Source of the DNA: Cyanophora paradoxa CCMP329
Lineage: Eukaryota > Plantae > Glaucophyta
NCBI GenBank assembly: GCA_004431415.1
Contig: QPMI01000176.1
Location: 114,910 to 178,909, forward strand
Length of the DNA stretch: 64,000 nt
Direction: 5' to 3'
Shown piece by piece: positions 1 through 10,842 of this stretch; position 1 is the first letter of the stretch, and every line of letters begins with the position of its first letter. Below the pieces are notes generated by a model, which saw only the letters and a program-made list of their open reading frames with translations, did no database searches and was not told the DNA's origin. The position numbers and the translations under genes are program-made.

Positions 1-2319
1 GACGCCCTTCCAGCCGGCGGCCGGCTCGCAGAACATGGGGAAGACGTGGTCGATCTACAGCTGGCCGCGGCAGCAGATCGAGCAGATGAAGCGGCGGGCG
101 AAGGAGGAGAAGGCCCGCTCGAAGCGGGCGGCGCAGGGGCGCAAGAAGAGGCAGCACGCGGGCGACCTCGAGAACGACAACACGTACTTCATCGAGCCGC
201 CGCTGGACGAGGAGAGCGGGGGCGAGGGGAGCGGGGGCGAGGGGGAGGTGGAGGGGGGCGGGGCGGTGATCATGGACGCGCTGACGCACCGGCGGCGGGC
301 GGCGGCGGAGGAGGAGCGGCGGCAGCGGGACGAGGAGGAGCGGCGCTACCGGGAGGCCACCGTGCGGCCCCCCCGCGCGCGCGCCTCGGCCGCCGCCTGC
401 CGCGCGCGGCCCGCTGAGGGGCGGGGCAGGCGTACCTGGACGAGCAGGAGGCGGCCCTCCAGCGCGAGCTCGTCGAGGCCGAGGCCGAGGCGCGTCCGGG
501 GGCCCCTCGCCTCTCCCCTGCCCGCGGCTCACGCGCCGCAGGCGGAGGAGCAGGCGGCGGTGGTCGCCGAGCTCCGCGCGCAGGCCGCCCAGGCCCAGGC
601 CGAGGCCGGCGGCAACGGCCTCCTCCGCGGCTTCGGGCCCTACGAGGTGCGGCCCCCGCGCCCCGCGCCCCCGCCCGGCCGGGGCCCGCAGGGCCGAGCG
701 GGGCGCAGGGCGAGGAGGACGCCTCGCCGGGCCCCTCCCCTACCGCGGCGGCGGCGGCGGCGGCCTCGGGCTCGGCCTCGGCCTCGGGCGCCGGGGCGGG
801 GTCGGCGGGGGCGGGCGCGGGCGGCGCGAAGAAGAAGGGCGCGCCGGCGCCGGTGAAGGCGCCGGCGGGGGTCCCGCCGCTGGCGGGGGCGAAGGGCAAG
901 CACGGCGGGCTCTCGCCGGGGTACGAGGAGCAGAGCACGCCGTCGTCGGTGCTGCCGCAGGACGACGAGTACGAGGCTGTGCCCTTTGAGGCCTTCGAGT
1001 CCGACCAGGACTACACCCGCTGGTGCGAGCGACCGACCGGCCGCCCCGGGGGCCCTGCTGAGGGCGCCCCCCGGGCGGCAGGTCCCGTGAGTCAGCGCAG
1101 GGCCGCGCCGCCGGCCTCGTCGGCACCGAGCCGCCCCCGACCCCCCCCGCTCCCAGAACCCCCTGGTCCCCCCCCCCCCCCCCCGCGCCGCGCGCCGCGC
1201 CCGGTCCGACGCGCTCGGCGCAGCACGGGCACGTGCACATCACGCCGATCCCCTCCGTGGTCTCCCCCACGGGGGCCCCCGTCGGCCGGGCGGCGCCGCT
1301 CGCGCTGGTGCACGCGGACCGCCCGCACGCGGCGAAGAAGCGGAGCCCCGCCAAGGTCCCCCGCCCCGCCCATCCGCCCGGCCCCGCCCGCGCGCGCCGA
1401 CGAGACGCAGCGGGCGGCGAGCTTCACGTCGGCGGGGTCGCACGACGAGGGCGCGGGGACGCACAAATCCTGGAAGGAGTCCTCTAAGAAGAAGCTCCTC
1501 GACATCGTGCGCGGGCGGCGCCCCGCCCATTGCGCTCTCCTCGGCGCCGCTGAGGGGCGGGGGCGGGGCAGGCGGAGGACGGGGAGGAGGCGGGGCACGG
1601 GGGCCCCTCGGAGGGCGGGGCGCAAGGGGGCGAGGAGGACCCCTTCCGCCCCAAGTCGGCCCCCGGTGCGCCCCGCCGGCCTGGCCCGCGCCGCCGGGGC
1701 TCACGCGGGGCGCGCAGGCAAGTTCTTCGAGGCGTCGCTGGCGCCCAAGCCGCCGCAGCTGGCGCGGCGCTCGGCGAAGCGGGGGCAGGACGCCGAGCTC
1801 GGCGACGCCCGCGTCCGCGACAGCGTCTTCGCCGGCGGGCCCGCCGCCCCGCCCGCTCCCGCCCCGCCTCCGTCGACGAGACCAAGGGCGGTGCGCGCGC
1901 CCCGGGGCCGGCGCGGGGGCGGGCGGCGGCCGACGCGGCGCAGGGCGGCGCTCGCTCGAGGCGCTGGCGGAGGGCCTCGAGCCGTCCTCGCGCAAGCCCA
2001 GCGCCCGCGAGCGCGGGGCGGAGCCCGAGGCGGATGCGGAGGCGGGGGCGGGGTGGGCGGGGCGGACGAGTACGCGGACGAGGGCTTCGAGGCGGCGGAG
2101 GCGCACGCCGAGGAGGCCGCGGCGGCGGCCGAGCAGCAGCACCCGTCCTCCGCCACCGCCCTCCCCTCCACGGCCCGCGCCGCCGCCGCCGCCACGGAGG
2201 CCGCCGAGGTGCCCCGCCCCGGCGCAGGCCCCGGCGGATCCGGCGCCCTCTGACCGCGGGGCGCGCAGGCGGCGGTGGTGGAGGCGGCCCGGCTGGCGGC
2301 CGAGGAGGGCATCGCGTAG
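1..2319 (+). CDS. Multi-exon hypothetical protein, 5' end probably outside window; charged coiled-coil and low-complexity segments
   Basis: Exon-like frames (…MGKTWSIYSWPRQQIEQMKRRAKEEKARSK…; AYLDEQEAALQRELVEAEAE; DDEYEAVPFEAFESDQDYTRW; AAVVEAARLAAEEGIA*) are separated by GTGCGG/GCGCGT…GCAG introns. Stop TAG at 2317-2319. No recognisable domain. Confidence 0.6.
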
Positions 2320-2724
2320 AGGGGCCGGCGCCCCAGGTGGGGCCGGCGACGGCGCGGGCCACCTGTGTTTAGACTGGAGAGTGTACATGCTAGTTAGAAG
2401 AGGCTAGGCAGCGCAGGAAATCGCGACTTTCATTTACTGCATTGATCCGATGGTCGACAAGCTCGCGTGCGGTGCCGGGCCTGTGCATGCGGTGCCGGGC
2501 CGCTGCGACGGTCGACGTCGACATCTGCTCGCAATTTTGCAACATGCGCAGTGCAGCAGTGCCGCCGGCCAAAGTCAGCTGCGGAGCCTCGAAGCTGAGG
2601 GAGCCCCAGGGAGGGTACGCGACTCAACCCGTCGCCCACTTGTGTCTTTCTGCTGCCGCCGGGCCTTCCCGCTGCTCGAAGTAGTGCCCTGAAGCTGCGG
2701 TCACCCTCAGGAGAGCTCTTGGCC

Positions 2725-4641
2725 ATGTCAGGTGCCAGATCCAAATCTCAATCGCGCCCGCAGTGGCTGAGTTTCGGCGGGCTCACCGCAGGGAGCTCAT
2801 CCTCTCCAACGCCGCCTCTAGAGGCGCCTTCGGACAGTGCGCCGCGGGCTCTGCGCGCCGCGGCTACCCCGGGCGAGTCCGTTAGTAAACTGGTCCGCGC
2901 AGGCGATGCCTCCGTAAGCGGCGGCCGCGGGTTTCTGAACTACGGACCTGGCGAGGCTGGGGGACTCGCGAGCGTCGTCGCACAACACTCGACCCCACCA
3001 CGCATCAACCTGCCGCTGCACCGCCTGAAGGACTTCCAGGAGAACTCGACGCCCGCGGGCAGTAGTAGTTATCGCTCAGGTACGATCGGCGAGGTCGGAG
3101 CGCACGCCCACCGCGATCCTGTCCGACGAGCGCCGTGCCGCAGCCCGCTCGGCGCGCTCGGCACGCTCGGCCGCCTCGGCGCGCTCCCGATCGGCGCGCT
3201 CCGGGTCGCCCATTGTTCACGCGGACGATATCCTCGCGGGGCGGCCCTCGACCTCCGCCTTCTCGTTCACGCGCGGTGCGGCCAGCCCCGAGCCCGGAAG
3301 CGCCTGCTTGCACGCCCCGCTACCTCTCCCCCCGCGACTGTAACCACGGGCGACCCGCGCAGCCACTCGGGACGATGGCGGGCTGCCCATTCCCGGCCCC
3401 GCGGGTGAGCCCCGCCGGCGCCCGCACACGGAGTGCCCCCGCTCGCCCCTGCGCGCTGACGCCGCCCGGCAGACTACATCATCGAAGAGAGCCTCCCGAA
3501 CGTGCGGCGCCGACGCTGGCGCTCCCTACCTTGCGCGCCCCGGGGCTCACGCTTCGCCCCGCCCGGCGCAGTCCTCGCGCATGCCCTCGGCGCCGCGCGC
3601 GACGATCGGGCGCTCCCCGCGCACCCCGCGCCCCGACACCGCGGACGGCCCCGGGGTGCGCGCGCCTCTCTGCAGGGGCCCGTCCCCCCGCAGCGCCTCA
3701 CGCGCACCCCGCCGCCGGCAGCCGGCCGACTACCCCTACGAGGGCTCCGTCGTGCGCCCGCGCCCCGCCCCTCCCCCGCCGCGCCCGTTCCTGTACCCCT
3801 CACCGTCCCCTGTCGCCCACGCAGAGCTCGAGGACGCTGCAGGCGCCGCGGGCGACCATCGGGCGCTCCCCGAGGACCGTGGAGCCCGAGCACTCCCCCG
3901 GGGTACGCCGATCCCCCTCCCCTCGGCCGGGCGCGCCCCCGACGCGGCCCGGCAGCCGGCGGACTACACCCCGCCGATCCCGGCCCCCGTGGGCCGCTCC
4001 TCGCCCGTCTCGGCGGTCCCGTTCGGGGGCACGGGGCTGGGCTTTCGTACCGCGGCGCCGGGGACGCCCGGGTGCATCCCGGTGATCCCGACGTACATCC
4101 CGTACTCGGAGGGGGCGGCGCGGCCGCCGTACCTCGGCGCCGGGCGCTTCGGGGAGCGGCACGTGGCGGCCCACGAGCACAACGCGCCCAAGGCGACCAT
4201 CGGGCGCGCCGCGCGCTTCGCCGAGGGGGCCCACGCCGCCCGCGTGCCCCGCATCCCGGGCTCGACGGACTACTCGCCGCGCGACTCGCTCTCCTCCCGC
4301 AGCCGCTCCGCCCCGCGCGCGACCTTCGGCACCGCCTCGCGCTTCGGGGAGGCCCCGCCCGACCTCTGGCGCCCCGGCAGCAGCACCGGCGGCGCCGGCG
4401 GCGGCAACGGGAGCTGGCGGGGACCCTCCTCGCAGCGCAGCGCCTCGCACGGCGTGGGGGGCGGCGGGGGCGCCGGCCTCCTCGCCCCGCCCCTCCCGGG
4501 CGCCTCGCCCTCGCCGCGGCGGCTCCAGGGGATGGCCCCGCACGCCCCAGCGTGCCGCGCTCCGAGCCGCGCCGCGCCGCCCCGCCCCTCGGCACCCCCG
4601 AGGCCGTCCGGGCCGAGGCGCGCGTCCCCGGCACGTGCTAG
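2725..4641 (+). CDS. SHIPPO/sperm-tail PG-rich repeat (STPG/ODF3-like) axonemal protein, multi-exon
   Basis: Repeated units match the P-x-x-T/S-(I/F)-G…PGP-x-x-Y repeat: ATIGRSPR…GPG…DY, ATIGRSPRTVEPEHSPG/PADYTP, NAPKATIGRAARF…IPGSTDYSP, SAPRATFGTASRF. ATG at 2725; 3' end and some frames uncertain. Confidence 0.6.
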
Positions 4642-5690
4642 GGCCCCGCGCCCGCCGCCCTCGTCTTCACCCCCTGCAAGCAGTTCATTGAGGGTCCTTT
4701 CTGCAGGTAGAGCTCTTGTAGCCAGCGACGACTCCCTTTCCGGGGTTTCTCGATGGGCAATGTCGCCCATTTTTATCGAAATTTGATTGAATGTACTGCG
4801 GTGCGCGGGTCTATATGATGTCGTTGTGTGTGCAGTTGTTTTTGTATCCTTTCCAAGTTGCAGTCCAGGTCTAGATTTGTATCATAGCACTACATATCCT
4901 GATCTTAATTACAGTAATTACTGGTATGGACTCTAGAGATCTAGATCTAATTGCCAGTTGGAGCCGGATGCTCCGAGCTCCTAGGCCTGGAGCCGGATGT
5001 TCCGTACCCTGGAGCCGGAAAAGGGGGGTACGGATAGGCGAGGTCTCACTGCAGGGGTATGCAGCTTCGTGGGTCAACGGTTTAAGGGTACGTGCACGTG
5101 CACTGCAGGGGTATGCAGCCCAGGCGTTCATAGGCGAGTAGTACCAGTAGGCGTTCCACGGTTCACTCTCAGCAGCCGGCCGCACGCTCGAAGCCCTCTA
5201 GATCTGCTCACCGTGGCACGTGAGTACGATAGGAATTCGAAGCGCCTTCATATCGATGAACATGACAACGCGTTCCCGCGCCAATGGCAGATAGCGCAGA
5301 CGAACTGACGCACTGCGGCAGGCGCAGGCGTCCGACGCGGATCAGTGATTCAGAAGAGATCTGCAGGCCTAGGTACGCACGCTGCGTCGCTCGCACGTCA
5401 CAGCTTGCCCGGCGCGGCGCGGCGCGGCGTGGCGCGAACTGTGCATGCGCAACTGACACTCATTTCGGCACAGCTGCGCGGCGCCCGCGCGCTCAAGAGC
5501 GTTGAGCAAGCTCAATCGCTATCGTAAGCTTGCAATTGTCGCGCCGGCTCCGGCAGACTTCGCAAGGTACGCCTGCATGGCCTGCCACGTCGGGAAGCAA
5601 ACTACCGATCTTACCCGCTCGCAGCGGAAGGAACCGGTGCTGAATGCCGTGAGATCGTACTCTACGTGCGTCGGACGTTGCAGCCGGCTG

Positions 5691-8357
5691 ATGGGCCCCA
5701 AGAACGCCGCCAAGCGCGCGCGCCTCGCCGGGGTGGAGGCTAAGCAGGATGCCGATCCAGCTGCGGTTGCTGTGAGGTCTTGTTCTCGCTTCGGGCCCTT
5801 TCGAATCTTACTCGAGCCTAGGCGTCCTCGGAAGCGGGTGACGACGGCGAAGTCGTCTTGATAACCACTCCTGCGCCCTCAAGCTCCAAGCGCTCCCACA
5901 GCCTTGAGGTGCTTCTTTCGAGGTTACTTGGGTTTCTTTAATTTGGGACTACGTGGAGCTACAGCTAATACTGCCCCGGCGGGTGGCCGAAGGTCAATGG
6001 CCAGCATTTCACAAACCAAAAAATGATCTATTCGTGCAGGTCTTTAGTGACGCAATAGAAAAGCTTCGGAGGCAGGCAGAGTGCCCTATCTGTTTCGAAC
6101 TATTCGAAGACCCGCGGATTTTGCCTTGCGGGCATACTCTGTGCGACCCCCCCCCCCCCCCCCCGGCTCCCCCCTGGCTCCCTCCCTCCCCCGCCCCCCC
6201 TCCCCCCCCTCCCCCCTCCCCCCCCCGCTCCCCGCTCCCCCTCCACCCCCGCTCAGCGGCTCCACCCTTCCGACGTGCACCTCTCCCCTACCCCCTCCAC
6301 TCCCCCCCCCCCTCATCCCCCTTCCCCAAATTCCATGCCCTCACTTTCCCCCTATAATCCCTCCCGCCCGCCGCACGAACCCCTGCCACTTCCTGAATCA
6401 GCCTCCGAATACGCCCCTTTACCACACCCCGGCCCTCTAGATCGAAGCGCCCCGCTCATGATCAGCCTCACTGCTCTAACGAGCCGAGGCCCCTTCTTCA
6501 GATGCATCAAGTGCTCGAAACTGCCCGCAAGTGAGCAGCGGTTTACAGTTCTCTCGATGATCTCTGCCTTCCGGCTTGCTTATCAGCCCCGCCTCCCTGC
6601 GCTCGCAGTCGTCAAGGACGGGAAGCTCGTGTGTCCGATCTGCCGGGAGGAGTCGGCGGTGCCGGAGAGCCAGGAGTTCCCCCGCAACCTGGCCACCGCC
6701 CAGCTCGTCGCCGTCCTCGGCGAGCAGCTGCGGGAGCTCCCCCGCGCCAGCTGCGGCAACTGCGAAGGGGGCGAGGCAGCCCCGGCAGCTATGACCTGCC
6801 CCGACTGCAACGCGCACCTGTGCGAACCCTGCTCGCAAACCATATGCATCCACAAGGTCCGATGCCAGCTGCAGCTTTCGAATTCGTTCTAAAATCTCGA
6901 TCTAGACTGCCAGCTGCAGCCTTGATTTTAATTTGATACGGACTCGCTCAGTTGAAAGCTTTTCGGCATCACGACGTTCACCCTTACAAGCCCGCTGTCT
7001 CCCCTTCTTCCCTGCGTCCCATTGTCTGCCCTGCACACCTTGACGCGGCCGTGCCACTTCAGTACTGCAAACAAATTGAGTCCCCTGTCTGCCTTCAGTG
7101 GTAAGTTGTCTTTAGAGTCGCCTGTCCCAATTGCATGGTTATATTTAATTATTTACACCTGTGCTCGCAGCGCACCTGGCAAGCATGCAGGCCACGTGCA
7201 TATCTCCATAGTTGAAGCGGCGGACAGTGCGCGGGCGTCTCTCGGCGAAATTTTGGCGGATCAAGACAAAGCCCTTGCAGTAATCGACGGGCGAGTCAAG
7301 CAGCTCGAGGTCAATTTGCAGTTTCTTAAGCAGAGCATCGTCGATTCAAGAATTAAATCCGAAGAAAGGGCCAAACAGGTGATCCAATTCATAAATGCAC
7401 ATCGACCTTTCTCGCAATTGTTACAAACATAAAAGCGCAGCTGCACGAAGCAGTCGACAAGTCTCTTCAACAATGGACATAGGCCATCGACACGCAAAGC
7501 CGTGCCGCAGAGACGGAGATCGCACAGCAACTTGAGCTTTTCAAGTCATCCAAAGTCAAGCTCCAGAGCTCCAATGCGTTTATCAAGGACCTTATCAGGG
7601 CCCCGCCTCTCAAGCTCATCCGGCTCCTTCGAATTCCCAGCGCTTTCACAAAACGGGATGAGGTTGAGCAGATTCGGCTCCAGATCAAGCAAAAGACGGC
7701 CTGTTCTCAAGTCGTCTTCCTTCCTGCGAAAGTCGGACTACGAGTCGAGAGGAAGGGTCCGGTGTTAACGTCAACTGTACAGGGAGTACAGGCCGTCGAG
7801 GTTGCCGTTGAGTGGAAGGCGGATCTTGCGGAGGGTGAACGGTATTATTCAGAAGAGTTCGAGTGCAACGGCTGGGTGTGGGATCTGGAAATCTTTCCAA
7901 AGGGCAGCCAGACAGGAAAGGGCACCCACCTGTCGATCTACGTGAGATCAATTGCCGCCCTTCCACGGGTGCTCGATCGCGAGCTCCTTCATTCTTCAAA
8001 TCGATATTCTTTTTCAATTCTGCTGCGCATGCAGAGCTCTGACGGTCACTTCGGCATTCGTGGGACGTGTACAATTGGAGTTCCTTCTGCGTCAACACGC
8101 ATGAGCGGTGTTTGCACTTGGACTCCCAAATCCGTTTGTTTGGGATACTATGATACGATCAATTTCTTCCGCTCTCCGAAACCACGAAGTGCCCTGACGA
8201 GGTGAGTCTCGGAGAGTTGTAGTAGTTACAGATATCGATATTTAATGTGTATGCTTTTGACAATCGCAACCGTTTGAATGTACATGTGTATTCGCAGGAT
8301 GGATATATGGTTGTTCGTGTGGAGATGAAAGATCTACACATAGTACCGGTACCGTAG
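5691..8357 (+). pseudogene. TRIM-like E3 ligase (RING, B-box, coiled coil, MATH); disrupted
   Basis: RING: CPICFELFEDPRILPCGHTLC…CPICR. B-box: CGNCEGG…CPDCNAHLCEPC…H. Coiled coil follows. MATH: YYSEEFECNGWVWDLEIFPKG…HLSIYV…GY. Lesions: in-frame TAG at 7480-7482, a frameshift near 7395-7410, and an 8-nt insertion at 8149-8156. Confidence 0.75.
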
Positions 8358-9040
8358 TAGTAGTACCTGTAGATGTGCAGGCCTAGGCCTTCAACGAATT
8401 CGAACTCGAACCGGCTTAAATTAATTATATAAAGCTTGTAATGCGTACGCGTGTGCATGTGCATGTGCAGGAGCTTGAATCGGCTTAACTGATATTGCAA
8501 TTATAATATAATGCATGCATGTGCACGCCCCGCTCGAGCGCGCGCGCGCGCGGCCGCGCCGGCCGTGTGCGGGGACGGCCCGCGGCCGTAGATCTAGATC
8601 TAGAGGTCCGATCCGGCGGCGGATCATCATCGGATCCGAATTCCACGTACGTATACGTATACGCGTGCACGATCGCGAAGTGCGGTTTACTTATAATTAA
8701 ATTAAATGCGTATGCATGCGCATGCACGTCGCTGCGCCCGGTGGCCGCGGCGCCGGCCGGCGCCGCATATGCATGCACCGCCGGCGCCCGAGCGCTAGCG
8801 CTAGCCGCGCGCCGACTTGAGCTATATATAGCTAGCGCTTGCCAAGTTGGTGCGGCGTCGTCGATCATGTATAAGCTAGCGATCGCGATCTAGAGCTGGC
8901 GCCGGCGTGGCGCATCCGGATCCGTGGCCAGCGCGCGCTAGCGGCCGCCGGGTGCGGCTCAGGGCACCGACAACCCCCCCCCCCCCGGGCCTCGACGCAG
9001 GGTACACTGCTCGGGCCAGGACAGTCCAGCGCGGAGCACA

Positions 9041-10261
9041 ATGGCGTCGGCAGGCCGCAAGAAGGTTCTCCTGAAAGGTCCGCACGCACAGAATGCCTCA
9101 TTTCCGGCCCGTCCGCGCTCGCTGATCGGATTCGGCCGCTGTCCGCCCCTTTGACCTTCCGCGGCGCCCGCAGTGATCATACTTGGAGATTCCGGGTGCG
9201 CGTCGCACGCCCACTGCGCGAGCTAGCGAATGCATACGGGGTGTGATGGGCACAGTTGCGTACGCTGATCTCTGAAGTGGTCTTCCCCCGCAGCGTGGGC
9301 AAGACGTCGCTGATGAACCAGTGTGCCGTATCTGAGCCGTCCCGCGTCCGCTGCTCGCGAGACTCTGAGGCAGCGCCTCGCCAGGTATGTGAACAAAAAG
9401 TTCACGAACCAGTACAAAGCGACTATCGGCGCGGACTTCCTGACGAAGGAGGTCATGGTCGATGATCGGCTCGTGACCATGCAGGCGCGATGGCGATCCG
9501 CGCGCTTCGGCCCTCAGACGTATGACCGCCTCTTGCAGATTTGGGATACGGCGGGCCAGGAGCGCTTCCAGAGCCTCGGCGTCGCATTCTATCGCGGCGC
9601 TGACTCCTGCGTGCTTGTCTTCGACGTGAACAACGCGAAGACGTTCGAGAACCTTGACAGCTGGAGGGACGAGTTTTTGATCCAGGTCGGCCGCGCCCAC
9701 GCACGTGGACTAGCTTATAGCTAAGGTGTTCTTCCTTGATTCTTCCTTTTGCGCTCACGTTGCACGCGCCGGCCCGCTTTGCAGGCTGGTCCGAGGGATC
9801 CGGAGAGCTTCCCGTTCGTGGTCATTGGCAACAAGATCGATCTGGAGGGCCAGCGCGTGGTACGCGCACCCCTTTCTTTCAAGCGCCGCTTGCCATGCGC
9901 GCGGTCCCGACCGTCTCTCCACCCCCAGGTTTCGGCCAAGCGTGCGATCGCCTGGTGCCAATCCAAGGGCAACATTCCGTACTTCGAGACGAGCGCGAAG
10001 GAGGCCATCAATGTCGAGCAGGCGTTCCAGGTCCGGCCGCGATCCGATGCTCCCGTCCCGCCTTCTCCCTCGACCGCCCCGCAGGTCATCGCCAAGAACG
10101 CGCTGAAGCAGGAGCAGTCGCAGGAGGACATGTGCGCCCTTCTCCGGAAGCTCCGCCCTCGTCGCTCTCCCGCCTGACGCTGGATTCCGCGCAGCTTCCT
10201 CCCCGACACCATCGACATCTCCGCGGAGCAGAAGCCCACCGCTAGCAGCTGCAACTGCTGA
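9041..10261 (+). CDS. RAB7: Rab7 small GTPase, 9 exons
   Basis: Spliced product [52 protein letters not shown]…[22 protein letters not shown]…GNKID…ETSAK…SSCNC* (CxC prenylation). Introns at 9078-9173, 9196-9293, 9321-9384, 9485-9538 (GC-AG), 9686-9784, 9860-9928, 10031-10084, 10132-10194. Confidence 0.97.
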
Positions 10262-10842
10262 GAGCCCTCGCCTTCCCTTCTTCTTCCCTCCTTATCCCTC
10301 CTTTGCCCTCCCGTAACTCTTCCTGCTCGTCTCGATCCGTTATGCCAGCTCCCAAATCCCCCAATTTCGGTTGGCAATCTCTAGGTAGGAATGCGTCTTG
10401 CAAGTAATACTCTTTTAATTGGTTCACACAATTGCAAGGGGCGCTGGGGTCGATCCGCCCTCAACCTCGGGCTCTGGGTCGGCGAGGAAGCCCAGCCCTG
10501 CCGAGAAGAGAAAGAGGCGCGCGCGTTAGGTTCGGCGCTGGCGAGAGCGAGCCGGCGCGCACCGTCGTTCTCGGGGCCGCCGGCCGCCAGTCCCGCGGCT
10601 GCGAGGGAAGCACAGTCAGTCTCTGGCAGGCGGGGAGAAGTGGGGGGCACGCACGGGGCACGAAGGAGGGCCGACCGCCACCTGCGCAGGGAATCAGCTC
10701 TAGCTATAGAGTGCGCTATAGGGCGCCCGTGAGATTCGGGACTGCCGGAGCTACGAGGGTCTCTGGACTGCAGAGGCTACGGAATTACATGAGCATGGCG
10801 GCGCTCCGGTCACCGGGTGACAGCGGCGAGCCAGCCGATGCG

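Noticed and set aside
6147-6440. Pro-rich insert in the RING domain
   Set aside because: Degenerate poly-C tract, likely intron plus low-quality consensus; the same caution applies to G-runs at ~26750, ~31810, ~49950 and ~50235.
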